DNA of 64,000 nucleotides from Raillietiella orientalis (Eukaryota). Below, piece by piece: positions 1-14,300 of the stretch (position 1 is its first letter; each line of letters starts with the position of its first letter). Location of the stretch: assembly GCA_036172245.1 (NCBI GenBank), contig JAYWIR010000014.1, positions 1,674,001-1,738,000 on the forward strand, written 5' to 3'. Both the position numbers and the translations under genes were made by a program. Below the pieces are notes generated by a model. That model made no database searches. It saw only the letters and a list, made by a program, of their open reading frames with translations, and was not told the origin of the DNA.

Positions 1-3000
1 AAAAGAAGAGAAAATCATGTGCATCAGAATTAGAAGTGCCACTATTGCAGGAAAAATCTTTAATTGCTTCCAAAACACAAAGAAAGAGGAAGTCATCTAT
101 GCTTGAAGTGGAAACACGAGCCTCAAAGTGTATTCAAAATGGTGAAATGTTAAAAAACCAATCAAGTATGGATTTTCAAATTTTGGTGAACAAGATGAAA
201 TTGCAACCAGATATTGAAGGTCTGAGCTGAAGAATGTGTTACTTTGTACTAATATTATATTTTAGTCCTCAAGAAATTAATGCAGTATAATTTTGATGAC
301 ATTACTGATGATGACAAGCTGGAGTCTCTGTTAAGTCTATCTGATGATTACAGACTGGGCTATCTTGTAGATTTGTTCAAAGAGTTTACAGATGGAAAGG
401 GAACTGCTCAAAAATTCGAGCCTGTTTATCAAGTTCTGGAAAAGATATTTCTATGGTAACATAGTTGCCTTTAATGGCAATTTTCAGCATTTTGTCAGGT
501 TATAAGTACAGAGCTGAACGGATGTTGATAATTGTTCTTAAAGAGCGACCTTGTTAAGCAGTTTTGTGTGATCTTTGTTGTTTGATTGTTTGTCAAAATC
601 TTGATTGTTAGGATAGTGTTAGTGCCATACTTTGAGCATATATGATGTTTCTAATAACGAAAATCTTGCTGCTGATATTGGAGCAGGGACTTGACTTTCT
701 GAAAGATTTAGAAGATAGTGATAAGAATTAATGAATCCACTTGTCAGGAATCGATATAATCATATTTTATTTACTATGATGGACTTAAAATTCTAAATGT
801 TTCCATTACTGTTGTAAATTTTATATTAGTAGTGCTCATGAAATTAATGTTATATTCCTTTAGAATGCCCTCAAGCTACCTTATTATCATGCTTGCCTTA
901 TTGTTGAATAATGTAAAACAGAGCAAAAACTAATCAGAAAAAGATGAATGTGAATTTAGTACAAAATTTTCAGCATTGTCAATTTTAATGACAATTTGAA
1001 GTTCAGATCTATGGATTTTGAGCAACATGACACTTGGATGCAAAAGTAAATAAAGTAGATGAATCTTAAAAAACCGAAGCTGTTTGAAAAAACAAACAAA
1101 CAAATAATAAGTGATAGAAGTATTTCTCATTATATCATTTTTGAAGAGTTTTGTACAGATTAGTTTTGGAGTTGTCAGTCTTATTTACCTTCGAAGGTTA
1201 ATATGTATTTGAAGTTAAATTGCTTCTTAATTCAAGTTGAAGAATTCCGTAAAATCAGAAGATTTAATGAAATAAATGGAATTATACTTTGAGAATATGG
1301 AATTCATCCAAACACATTCCAATCTCCATTTCACATCAAGAAATGACACCATATCATTGTTAATTAGGAATTTGATATTTGAGATAGGTTTTCTCTCACT
1401 TAAACAGGCATTTTTTATCTGTCTGTTGCAAACACGTAGAATATCATCGATACAGTTAAGAGAAAAGATCAGGGAGAATAATTAATATTAGGATGTTATT
1501 CATAAAAGTAGAGGAACAGGTAGCCAACCATAATAAACTCAGCATTGACGGAAGTCTGCCATGTATTTGTTGTGTTAGGCAACTTTTGGTTTTTAGGATC
1601 AGCAGTGGACATCAGCAGCACTTGGAGCAGGGCATCAATGCTGTTAGATATATCTTTGAAAGTTATAGTTATGTGTTATATGCATCCTTGAAGAACAAGA
1701 ACCCATGTGAGCATATCATAGCAGCTTTATCTTTGTTAACAGGTCAGTAACTTTACAGATAAAACGTGTTTATTATTCAATAGGAAAATAATTAGCCATG
1801 ATTTCTTTGGATGTTAAATCAGCACAATTCGTACTGAGGCATATGATTGCTGCAAATTTTGATTTTATGTCCATTGCTGAAAAAAGAAATCCTCGTGATT
1901 CCCAAGATATTCGTCCTTGCATTTTGAATTTTTATTTATCTTTTTTACTCTCCCATGATAATACTGTCATCAGACTTTTTCTGGAACAAGGTAGACATGT
2001 ATGGAATAGAAATGGATTTGCAAGTTTGCTTCAGATGTATTATGCCATCTATTAAAGGGGCTGAAATACGATAGAGCAGAATTAGTCCAGTTGACTTTAT
2101 CTACATTGGAATGCTGTGTTTTGGACAATGTGGCTATCCCTAAAACCTTCAAATTAAGGGTATTCAATACTTCAGTGATCAAAGTATTAGTATCTTTATT
2201 TGATTGGGTGGGAATGGTTGATTGGAAGATCCAGAGGAAAAAATCTAATCTGAGTGACTGGGTAAGGTGTTGGATGAAGACCCAGCTTTGATTCACATTC
2301 TTCATTTTCAGGAACCTGATGCAGCTGATAAACAACTGGTCATTGATGCTCTTAGGTCTTTCTTGATAGTGCTGCTGGCTAATTCTCGCCTAGGCATTCT
2401 TTTCAAAGCTAAAAAGATCATTGATAATAATAGCAGCAATGTTTCAGTGCTTCGTGCTATTGAGGTTAGTACTGCACAATAATGATAAGAGTTTATCACT
2501 GTTCACATAGACATTTGAACATCCTTGGCAGAATAAGGACGTTAGTACTATTCTTGTGAGAATTTTCCAAAATGCTCCTGATGTATATCTGTCTTATTTA
2601 TCTTCACTGAAAACATACTGTCAACCTCGGGAATCGACTGCGTGGTTTGCTGGGATACAATTCTTGTGTCAAGTAAGAAAACACTCATCACTGTAGTAAT
2701 TAAATTGGTTTTAGGTGATAAGCAGTTTTAATCTCCAGACAGTCGAAGAAGTTTTAAAAAATGAACAGCCATCCCAACAGATCTCTTCCTTGGTAGAACT
2801 ATGCCTGCCTTCACAATTAATACAACCCATTTGTCAAAAAGCATTTGCATTTTCCTCAGTTGAAGTTCGCCAGACAGCAGCCTGTTTTGTACTGATGGGT
2901 TTGCGCAAATTCTTAGAGTTACAGTCTTTATTACGACCAGAAAATGACACTGGGCCACAACTCAGCAAACCTTATCTGCTACAGGTAATCCTGCAAAGGT

Positions 3001-6000
3001 TATGCTTAAATGTCTTGTATCAGGTTCTCCCTGAAGTATCTGTGCTAAGAAAGGATTGCCTCAAAGTAGTGCAGTATGACTTTAGATACAGCGCACTGGA
3101 CACTTCGTTGCAACACTTGGAGTGCCTCCTTGATCTTCTGCTCATATATCAGCAGACAGAGCTACAGGCACATCCATCTAGTCATTCCAGCTTACAGTTA
3201 ATCATGGAAGGTATCCAGAATGCAGTGCCAAAATGTCAGAATGCTAGACATGTGTTACTCAAGTTGTTTATTTTAATGATATCCGAAGATCTAACACTGT
3301 CATTACTTCAAGAGTCTGCTTCCGATCTTCAGCAGTCAATTCTTTTCCATGTTTTAACTAACTGTATATCTGATGCCTCTGATTTAGCATTGCGAGAAAA
3401 AACTCTAATGGTTTTTCGTGATTTCCTGAAGCAACATGCATTATGTGTTGTTGAATGGGAGGTGCAATTGTGGTTTAGTGAACTTTTGAATGCTAGTTGC
3501 AAGCATCAAGTACAATGTGTGTTAGCTTTTTGTCAAATATGGCAGCATGCACAAAGGTATTTGGAAGAATTTACTTGGAATCTTCAACAACTTGCAGCAG
3601 AACCTTTACAACATGCAGAAATAACTAGATCATCTGTTCAAGGTAAGCAAATGTGCAGTAAGTCATAATGACTGATTTCTAGGACTGCTTGAGAAGGATC
3701 TGTTATGTGACCAGCTTGTTTCTGATGTACAACCTGCAAGTGCATATGCTTCTTGCAGTGTTCTTGTGCCAGCAGCATGCAGCTTGCTACCAACCCAGAG
3801 TTCTAAAGCATTCCGACACTATTTGTCAAGAGTTTTGTTTCAAGTGGTACATTATCTCGAAAATGCAACCCCAGTATTTTGTCTCCTGAAACCTCACACA
3901 CGTTTGTTGTCACTTTCTCTCCAAAGATTGTTAACTATATGGTCACAGCCATCTTTTTCGATCCATTTACCCAATTGCGACTCGCATAATATAAGTGAAC
4001 TTTTGTTATCTTTTCTTCTGGGCGATAAAGATAGTTGTTTGGGTGTCGAGAAAAGCATTAAGAATGTGCTCGCAGAACAGCCAGAGAACTTTCAGAAAGA
4101 ATTCGTGCTGCGCCAGTGTTTATTATATCTGCACTTATGTAATGATAAGAAACATCAAAACAAACTCAGCATGATTGTTGATGTGCTGAGGTATCTATTA
4201 CAAAGTGATACAGAGACAGCTCTGCCGCTGTGCTGCGTTTTTCTCCTGCACCCCAATAGCCAGTCTTTCTTTCTCCCATTTTCTAGTTGTGTTCATCACC
4301 AACAATTTGTTCAACTTATTGTTGATCTTCTACAAAGGTTTAGTTTCCATTTACTGCCTAAGACCGCCATAAATTGGTATGCAGCATCTGCTGCAAAGTA
4401 TCTAAAGAACATTGATCCCAGTTCTTGGCCATCACTTGACTTAAACATTATGCTGATCTTTATCGAACAGAGCTGCCTCCTAAGTGATGATCTGCTGGAT
4501 CTGTTATGCAAGTTTTTATCTCTCCATGAAGAGAGTATGGCTTTGGCAAGCATGCAAGCATTTTTGTTATGCAGTTTAAGAGCTTTGGTATTGCATTCAG
4601 CGAAGCAAGAAATCCCCATGGCAATATGTGTCTCATTAAAAACAGTCTATTGTTGGTTGCACAAACAACTTGCAGATATGACCAACATAGTTCTCAGTTT
4701 ATGTGAGCATAGTTCTATGTTAATTGACGTTTTGGGTTGTGGAAGTGAGTATTTGATCTCCAAGTTTCCTAATTTTTTCCAGCAATTTTGAATTCTTGTT
4801 TGCTTGAGGAGCCAGTCAGCACACAGTTGCCTGTTGTTATTCTCAGGAAATCTAATTTTGTCAACAAGGCATACCAGTGGGCGAAAAGCAATAGTGAACA
4901 ACTCAGGCGTTTTCCGGATACAATTTTATGGATGATGGAAGTGGTTAATTTAGATCTTACATCGGATGTCCTGTCATTGTGTGAAAATATTTATAAAAAT
5001 ACGATAATTGAATGGCTAACAGAACTGTACTTTAACCCAATTCTGGATAACGCATGTAGTAAAATGGGACTTCTTCTGCTAAAGCACAATTTATTAGGTT
5101 GGTAATAAGTTGTGTGGGAGCCAGCACTTGTTTTCCAGAAGAGTCTGATTGTCTATTTTGCATTTGCAAATGGATTGATAGAAATAAAGAAATGCTGCAA
5201 CACTCGAGAAGATCGAAACAGCTGCTTCTCAGCTCTTCTCATGTTTCTCTCATTCAAGCAATGATATATCATCTGTTCTTTGAAGGCATTACTATTAGAG
5301 GATCTGATCCTCTCTGTGTATGGGCACATCTGGTGTTCAACTGGATGTGTTGGATGGAAGGTTATGCTAATGATATTCGATCCAGAGATACTCTCAGAAG
5401 TCTTCTTCACATCGTTGAGTTTGAATTGGCATCTTTCTTTGGTGCCAGTAACATCCTAAATTTCACAGCAGATTTCTTGGAAAAATTCACCAAGCATTGC
5501 CTGAAGTTGGGAATGCGTCCTAGTGACCCTTTTCCAGAAGCATTAAGTGCCATAACTTCTGTTTGCACTGTTCAGTTTGCACAAAGTAAAAACGGTTTCT
5601 CTTTTGCTCCATTAACCAGCATTCAGCAGCTGATATTTGCTCATTCAAATTTCTTATCAATCCTGTTAGATGGAAAGAATCCGATGCAAAGAGGTAAGTC
5701 CTAGTTTTTGTTGATTAGTTATTGCTTACAGTGTTTTCTTAAGAGAATCTTTTGAGGCTCTTACTCGTTTTAGTTTCACATGATTCCAAAATATGCCAAC
5801 TTGCACATGTGCCCCTTTTGCTTTCAGCTTATAAGGGTACATTAACTCAAGCTGATCGGATTCTCCTTAAGGTAGTCCTTTCAAAGCCAATTTGTCGTAA
5901 CGTATTTATTCTTAGCTATTGTGTATATACGAATGTTCTGGAATTCCTCTTTCCCGGTATCGTCCATATGTATGGGGTGAGGCAGCAGCCCAACTATACT

Positions 6001-7255
6001 CAGTGAGAAAACAGATGAAAGCCACACTTTGGAGGCAGCCTGATGCTAGTGCTGTTTTCAATTTTTTGGATCCTCGAATCATGAAGAACACAGTATTGCA
6101 CTTTCCTCTACAGCTTGATCTTCATGTAAGCAAGGGCTTTGTCACAATTTTGTATTCATTATCTTAGCCTCTACATGAATGGCCAAGATCAGAACTTGAC
6201 ATGTATGATCCCCGCTTTCTTCTCCCACTGTTTTGTCATTTGCTTTCATCAGAGAACTTTGTGAACTTCCATTGTTTTGCTGAATGTGGTGCATTTGGGC
6301 TGACATTGACAGCACTCAGCAGCTCTAGTGATCAAATGCGTCTGGCTGCTCTTTGTGTCTTGAATCGGTTGTATGATCAATTGCAAGCCTATTCTCGCAA
6401 GGAATTTCTAATTTGGAGAGCAGTCCTTAACGTAATAAAGAATACGTTAAGTGTGGAACCCCAGAAAGTGCTAAGACTGCCTCCCCTAGTCGCGTTGTTT
6501 CTGGCCAAACTATCAGTGTTACTTGTTAATCCTGAAGACATCATGTACAAGCCAGTAGTATCATTTGTCCTGCTTAAACCTGTTTTGAACATAAATCAAG
6601 TGCCTGATTTCTATGCGAACTTTGTCAGTGGTGATCTGCAATATAGAGTACGCCAAAACTGGATTTTGAAATTGCTTCAACATGGCATCCACATTCCACT
6701 TGATTACAAACTGTGCCAGAAATTTTATGTCATCAAATTGCTGATGTGTTTTCATGACAGTGGATTGGCTAATAAGCCACTTAAGGTGGGTTGTGTATGT
6801 TCGTTGATCTTTTGAATCTTTTTCAGATTTCAGTTATCAAAGTCTTAGAATCCTGTGCCAGCATTCCCTCTGTTGCTTTCGATCTGTCCAAAAATCATGG
6901 TGTTCTTTCTTGGCTGAAAGCAGCTTTTCAATTTACCAATGATAAGGAACATCTGCAAAGCCTTTACAATTTGTTGCAGACCATATCATATGCTATGTTA
7001 CTGTACAAATCTAAGAAGAGCCTTGAGCATTCGTACTGTTTGCCATTGCCCCTTATTCTACAATTGTTATCAATATGTTTAACAGCTGTGAACAAATGTA
7101 AATCTGTCAAAATGCAGAAACTATGTCAGGATCTTTTGCAGTATTTACAAACTAATCTTTCGTTAAAGCAAGAAAAGTGCAGTTGCATATCACCTAAGAT
7201 GATGCAAGAAGTCGATCATTTTTTAATGCAAATGGTTCCCGGGAATGAAAAATAA
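1..7255 (+). CDS. URB1: Nucleolar pre-ribosomal-associated protein 1 (URB1/NPA1), multi-exon, 5' end probably outside window
   Basis: Continuous frame after removing GT..AG introns at 220-265, 456-1596, 1743-1795, 1991-2034, 2262-2311, 2465-2510, 2673-2714, 2985-3023 (in-frame, tentative), 3643-3682, 4745-4782, 5098-5138, 5694-5743, 5872-5915, 6126-6167, 6786-6826; stop TAA 7253-7255. Family motifs: 'DIRPCILNFYLSFL' (N-terminal), 'LLSAYKGTL...DRILL', 'LWRQP' and 'YDPRFLLPLF...F.ECGA.GL.L.ALSS' (C-terminal domain). Frame is open to the window start. Confidence 0.9.
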
Positions 7256-9572
7256 ATATTTAATTTGAAACACATTGTGGAAATACATTTACTTACTCCT
7301 GTAGTGATGCAGTGTTACATGCCAACCAAAAAACTGGAGCGTTTTCTCCGACCCAGTTTCGTGTCTTTTGAGTGAGTTGCGATACTCGAGGTCTCGCTTA
7401 TTTTTTTGTCATCCTGAAAAGTTCCACATTTTATTTGAGCATATTCATTATTCACAGATCTCAACACTGCTAATGTATACTCAATAATCAGCGAGCTCTT
7501 ATTAATGAACGACTAATTTGAGGAATCTTAAATGTGAAAAGATGTTCTAAAAGGAAATACATTGTAAGCGAAAAGTGAAGGCCGTCAACTCATGGGACAG
7601 AGTATACTGTTCAGGCAGCCGAAGTTCATCAGACCGAGGCAGCCCGTTATTTCCGGAAAGTGTAAATCGCCGAGTCAGTATTTGTTCATAAGAGACCTGG
7701 AATCTGAAGAAAGTAGATGAGAAACTGAAGTCAGTGTGAACGGAGCCGAGAACTTACTGCTAGCTCCGGCAGCTGTTACAGGTAAAACTTTCCGTGATAA
7801 GAATGTGAAGAAATTATATATTAGAACAAAATATACACGTAGTGCTCTATGAGTACATGATGCTACATCACTTGAGAATGTTGCTCAAATCAAATTAACC
7901 AATAATCTTTGGATTCTTACTTTTAAATAAAGTTCTTACAGAAACCACGATCCATAATCCCCATGTAAGTTTTTTTTACTCTAACCAGGGAAAAATACTA
8001 GAGTACAAAAACTTTTGGAAGGTATTATCTCAAGCACCAATCACTTCACAAATCAACCGAAACATCGGATCGAAAACTAGAGGACTGAAGTCCTTTGGGA
8101 GAATATAGAAATTGTTTTTCCCATGTTCCCTTGAGTGCTTTGTAAAAGCATGTCGAGATCAATGTTACAAATGTTGTGTGTATCTGTAAACAGGTAGTGC
8201 GAGTTGCAACAACCAGCATACCGTGGAATGCCACAAAAAATTCAAGAAAGCATTCGCAACTAGGCAATAGTTATGGGTGCCCACAGTTGCATGCATCCCC
8301 CATAGCTCATAAGATATGTAGGTGCTATACGGAACTGTATCATGGTTTCGACTGGTTTGGAAGTTGTAACACAGCTAGCAAATAGATTTGGTCAAGTAAT
8401 AACTAAAGAGTAGTGAGACTTTGTGTAACTGACCAATCTCTCGTAACATTTCACGTATACCCAATCTTGTGTATAACGTTGGATATGTCTGATACAAGCA
8501 TGTCTACTTGGACAGAGAATGGCTTCCAGATGCGTGTGGAAAATTAGTCTTCAATCAATATAAAAAAGAAAGTGCTATGGCATAATCACTTGGAAATTTC
8601 GATGGATTACATCATGATTCCCATCAACAGTTTGCCGTAAAGAATCTGAGATTATTCATGCATGCTCAGTCGCGGAACGGTTGTGCACTGAATGAACTTC
8701 ATAAGGAGCTTAATGTGAGGAATATGGCAAAGATTTTGTATTCGATGAGGGATTTAAAGAACTCACGCTAATATTTAGCAAACAAACAAACATACCTACA
8801 GATTGGTGGAAGGGAAAGAAAAAAAGTATTGATACGAAAGGTGGTAATGGCTTCATTCTGAGTACAAGTCTCAAATGGCCGAGTTCTAAATGGACCATTC
8901 CTATTACATTTGTCTCTGCAGAGTTATGCAACCAAGTTTCGATTGTCTTCGGGAAACCGCAGGCAAACAAGAAGCCACGGTATGTGATGAAACACTAATT
9001 GTAATTGAATGCTCTTACTACTAAATAACAGTGACCGGTCATTCCATCAGCAAGATCCAATCCCCATCTGGCGTTAAATAACACCTAAACTTGGGTATCA
9101 TGGAGCTCTCTACCAGAGGGTACTTTCTATGTTGCCCCTGGGCCGCACAACAGCTGTTGCAGCTGATTTCATATCTTCAAGATTTTTCGGGAAGTCCAAT
9201 AGGGGAGGGGGGGCTACTAATTCCATAAGCGCGTGCATCAAGATTAGTGGTGACTTTTGAAGTATCAATAATTCCTCTTAAGAGACGTCAGCGAAAACTG
9301 ACTTCTTAATCCACTGTGATGACTTTCCGAGTGGAAAGAAACCCACAAGGAAGAACAAATCATTATTTTTGTCCAATCACTGTTCACAGTGCTTCGTCAT
9401 TCCTGGAACAGAACTAGTTACACTTCGAGGGTTCTTGACCCATATATCACAACGATGCAGTATAAAACTTCGATTATTCTAAGTCGTCATGATTCATCTT
9501 TCATTCCGAACATTTTATCGATCCTGATTGTGTGTGTTTCATTTCGAATCTTGTGTGAAACATTTCATCTAA

Positions 9573-9596
9573 ACACACACACACACACACACACAC
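9573..9596. repeat. (AC)12 microsatellite
   Basis: Directly visible. Confidence 0.95.
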
Positions 9597-9599
9597 AAT

Positions 9600-11600
9600 T
9601 CTTGATGCATCGGCCATTGCAATGTTTGCACCAGAAGGATGGGTTTTGTACCATGACTACGCGAAAGTTTCTGTGACCAAACGATAGAGACTTCGTCACT
9701 AGGGCTCGCTACACGAGATGGAATAAAAGTCAGAGACTGAGAATCCAGCCACCTTGGAAACGAATCATGCATTTTGTTTGGGTTTTTCGATCGAACCAGA
9801 TCCATCTTCCTTGGGACACTGTAGGAGGAGCCTAACGGCTAACCACTGAAAAATGATCGTAGAGTATTCAGGAAAGACATTAGATTGGAAGAGAAAGATG
9901 AGATGAGATTTCCACTGTTGTAACTCGGGATTAGAAAAAACGGCAAACGACTTAGTGCCTTCTAAGAACACTCTTCTTACACGGAAATACACTGCTGGTC
10001 AGACAAATGGACGAAAACCAATGGAATGGAGGTCCTTGAAATGAACCTTGGGATCGTAATTTGGAAGCTGGCATTGGAAATCGAATGGAAGCATCACCAC
10101 ATGAGAACTTCCAGGCATGCTGAGAAACCGACCACCATTTTAATCTTAAAGAGAACGTGGAGTGCAGTTTCCCCCCTGCATCGTTACCGGAAAAGGGCGA
10201 CGCCAAATGAGCGAGGAGACGAGGCTATATGAGTCATCAGAGTGTTATGCAACCTTTGAGTGGACATCAAAGAGAATGTTCCAGGGCATTTTTTGCAAGA
10301 TCATAACATCAGAGGGCTAGAGATGGCCAGGTCCCCTGGTATCATGAAGTTGTCCCTGGTATTGTTTTTAGGCGGCGAGTTAAGAAATCCGCCTGGGTGT
10401 AGTGGAGAATTCTTTCTCGTAGAGTGCGTGGTCGTTTTCGAAGCAACAGACCGCACTGTTTCCAGTAACTCACCCGTATGAACGGGAACGCTTCGAAGAA
10501 ACAAAAAGCAAAAATTAAAAAAAAAATCATTTGTAAAGGTACGGCGGGCTCGTGAAACCCTATCGCAGATCCCTATGACCAAGGACAAATCTCAATTCGT
10601 CAGTAGAATCTCCATGCTTATCGTTGTGCCATAAAAATTGGTCTGGAGGTCACAAACGTCCACGAACTCTTGGTTCTGGTCTTCGGAGCTCAAGTTTTCC
10701 AATGCGTTTCCGGTTCACGATGGAGAAATGCTGGTTACAAGAGAACGGTTTTTGCAATTGACAGTTGCACATTTTGTCCACAGATGCATTTTCACAAACG
10801 TATTTTCGGTAGCAGTAGTTGAGGCAGATGAAATCCCTTGTTCTTGAGAGGGATGGGAAGACCAAGGCTAAGCGACATGCTGAAGAGATGTGGCCAAAGA
10901 GTTCAGAAAAAGAAAGCGTGGTCTTGGCAGAAACGAGTCCCTTGCGTCCTACGGGGACTTGGAATTCTTTTCGACTCACATCAAGGGGTAGCACAAAGTC
11001 TTTTCGAATCTTTTTCAAGTCATCCTGCCCATCGCTTCCGACAGTTTTGAACCCTCGAGTTTACAATCTCGGGGAATGACATTCAGGACTCACCACTTGG
11101 ACCTGCCGGATCACTTCTATCAGATCCAGCTCGGGATTCTTCGAACGCGTCTTTCGAAATTTATCAAAGCTTCTTTTCAGTTTCCCATTGAATTCGTTGA
11201 CGAGCTTCTGATTCGTTAAGGCAGGGGGTGCAGCACTCCAGACGATCTGAAATTTGGCATCGCCCTCTTCTGCTCCTGGAGACGCAGTTTTTTTTTTTTT
11301 TTCAGAAAAACAATGGAGGGGCAACGATATCGTTCTTACGTTCTACTTTGCAGGCGTAATAGCAGGCTTTTGGAGTCAGCAAAACTGCTGGCATCGTCAG
11401 AGGGGGGAGTTCAGACAAGAACTTCAGGTTCCCGTTTTCGTCGCACAAATCTATGTCTCCTGAGGGAAACAACGACGGCGATAATGGAAAGCAGGGTTTC
11501 CGGGAAGAATGAGAGAGGACACGACGCACGTCCATGAGGCAAAGCAAGCACGAGACTCCTGAAGTTAGCAAGAGCAAGCGGTTTCAACAAGCTAGGACGA
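9600..11600 (-). mobile_element. Decayed non-LTR retrotransposon: gag-like ORF1 and APE endonuclease relics
   Basis: Minus-strand translations in the expected order: 'LFGHISSACR' (knuckle-like, ~10890), 'RILHY' (~10405), 'SDVMILQK' (~10300), 'SFGVALF' (~10200). Many stops and frameshifts; boundaries approximate; may extend toward ~8.4 kb. Confidence 0.55.
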
Positions 11601-12399
11601 CAACGCGGAACGATCTCCAGAGTATGTGGCGGTACTCGTAGCTCCTAGAGGAAGAAGCGGAATAGCATCATTGACCATCCAGATGTGATCCGAATGAGTG
11701 AGGATCGCTTTCTGATGGCGCATGGAAGAACGAATCGTGCAAATGTCAGGGGACCGAGGAGGATTCCGGAGTTCGGTCGCTGTGCGTCAACAGTAGAAGC
11801 GAAAGAATGGAAGAAGAAAATGTAGACCTTTCTTTCAATGCTTCAAAAAGTGTATTGCAATCTTAATAAGAAATTGAGAACTCAAGAGATGATCGAAACC
11901 TCAAGAGATCAACAGGAGGACATAATGGCAGTACATTTGCCACTGCCCATATCATTTTTTATTTGCGTCGTTCTGTAGTCCGAAGCGGGAAGTCTCCCAA
12001 AATTCTGGGAGATGCTTCCAAATCTCCAAATGGTGGACGCACTAATCATCACACCTCAAAGGTAGCAGCTGTAATCGTCGCATTGAGATTTATCATGTCG
12101 TACTTCTGAAAATTGGTTCATTGATTGCTTTCGTGTGGATGAACCTCTCCCTCTTTCCCTCCTTGTTAATTCAAAGTGGGAGCTGGAAGACTTCCACCCT
12201 TTTCAGATATCTCAGATCTCTCCTCGGTATCCTCATCGGAATAAAAAGTCTTTCACCTTGTAGGAGGAGTTACTAAGTGATATCACCTCACTTCCTTCAG
12301 CCTTCCTCGAGTCTTCGGTCAAAAAGAACCACGAAACTTAACGGAATTTCCTTGCATCTTGCAGTGCTGCGCACTGCATCCGCACATCGTTAAGGAAAG

Positions 12400-14300
12400 T
12401 ATCGTTTGAAGCAGCCGCTTTTTCACCCTCCTTTTGAAACAGCTTGCAACGCGTCTTCGACCGTATGCTGCGCTTCTTTTTGAGTCGCAACCTCGAGCAA
12501 CACATTAGGTTTAAGTGAAATAGCTGCCTAGAAACAGCAGCTCACATCTCATCTCTGTATAAACGAATTGGGCAGCCGGAGTATTTCGAATTTCGAACTC
12601 GCACCTGAGGATCGTGTGCTAAGAGCGTTACTGTGATTCCTCAACTAAATGCAATTTGAAAATCATTGTGATCTTGACGAATTATTCTCGTAATCGTCCA
12701 ATGAGAACAGAGGGGCGTGCACAAAAATCCACCAGAGGCAGCAGCAGAGGAATAGAAAGCTTACTTTGCGTTCCTTCCTGAGAGGAAAAATCAAGAATCC
12801 GTGAGCACGCTTGGTAGAAGACACTAATAGCAATGTACTTGCGAAAGGGTTGTTGGAATTTGAGCACCTGGTAGCGGAGTGGAAATCGTCGGAATTCGTA
12901 AAGTGGGCATCCATCGCCATTTTTTTTCCCGGAAATATAAAGTGGCAGAACAAATCTTCTGGTGCTACTTTTGACTCTTTGTAAGCGAACTTCCACACCG
13001 CTGGACACTTGTCCAGAGGTGCGGAAAGAGATTGTGGCGTGCGCAGATACGTATGGCAGTAAGGTTCAGCTGTTTCAAACAGGAATGAGATGGTCGCGCC
13101 CCAAAACTCCAAGATGTGCGCTGGAAACCACAAAGCAAGCAGAAGTGTCCCTATTCGCTTGAAGCCGCCTTGTCTGAAGAGGAAACCCAGTTGAAATCTC
13201 GGTTGTTGTTTCAGAGTTTAGACGCTGTTTCTGGCTGCACTCGTAGGAACTTTGCACTTTGAATTGAAGAAAAAAAAAAACCTTGACTGGAGTACACCAG
13301 CACATCTTTCCTAGACTTTGCATCTTCTCGAGCGAGAGATTCGGATGCGAAATCCGTTGCGAGCAGCTTTTATTGCCTTCGTTACAGCGAAATGTTATAG
13401 TTCATGGAAGTGTTGGCTACTCTTATCTCTGCTGACTCTCTGATCTGACCTGAACGTCGTCTAAAAGCGAAGAAAATGCTGCGGATAATTGGGATGCGTA
13501 AGGAAGGCCCTTTGAAAGAATCGGATCACCAAGAGATCCATGAAGAGGAACATGCGTTAGAGATTAAACGCAGTCAGTCGGTCCATTCAACCAGCGACGT
13601 GCTCACTTTCTTAAAGTCGATGGAATTCACGGTGCTGAAGGCATTGTTGGAGGCTGTCAAGGATTGCATGAGATTCCTGTATTCCACTCCACGGGATTTT
13701 TTCCTGGTTCTTATTACGAAGACGTTCGCGATCACCAACAGTGATCACTGTTGAAACAAAAGTCGAAGACTCGGCCAAGCTGCTTGGCATCAAAACCTTG
13801 CTGATTTGTTAAGATGCTTGCATTAATATTGGTTAGATCTTGGATGGATGGGTAGCGACTGCACTGATTCCGACAACTTCCAAGCATTTTCACTCGCGGA
13901 AAGAATGAGGTTCTTTGTGTTTTTTTCCGGTAAGAAGCATCAAAAAAGCAATAATGCGTCTTCGTAAAAAGGACGGAACTATGCTCTCTTAAGCAGAAGA
14001 CGAATGGCACAATGATGGGACAACCGGAGATGCTTCGACAGTGGTGGACCATGAACTGCTCTGCATCGCCCCAATAGAATGCCGTAAATGACCACGAGTT
14101 GTTGAAAAAGAGCTAACCTGCTACAAAGCACCAGTTGCATTTTCAGGATTCCGCATGGTCCTTTCTGCGATCAGTAACTATAATGCTCATCCTGGTATAA
14201 GAAACACACCAGGCTTCTTTGTCATCTTCAAACAGTACAGATATCCTTTCGGAATACATATCAAGGTACGAAGTACCTTCGGAGCTAGAATATCATTTTC
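12400..14300 (-). mobile_element. Decayed L1/Tx1-like ORF2 (reverse transcriptase) relic
   Basis: Ordered degenerate motifs: 'KKSRGVE' (KSPGxDG-like, ~13690), 'GVLGRDHLIP' (GVRQGDPLSP-like, ~13095), 'TNSDDF' (YADD-like, ~12890), 'KYSGCPI' (KYLG-like, ~12575). Confidence 0.55.

Noticed and set aside
7605..7660. Minus-strand CTGATGA as a hammerhead ribozyme core
   Set aside because: No stem II closed by GAAA and no compatible stems I/III.
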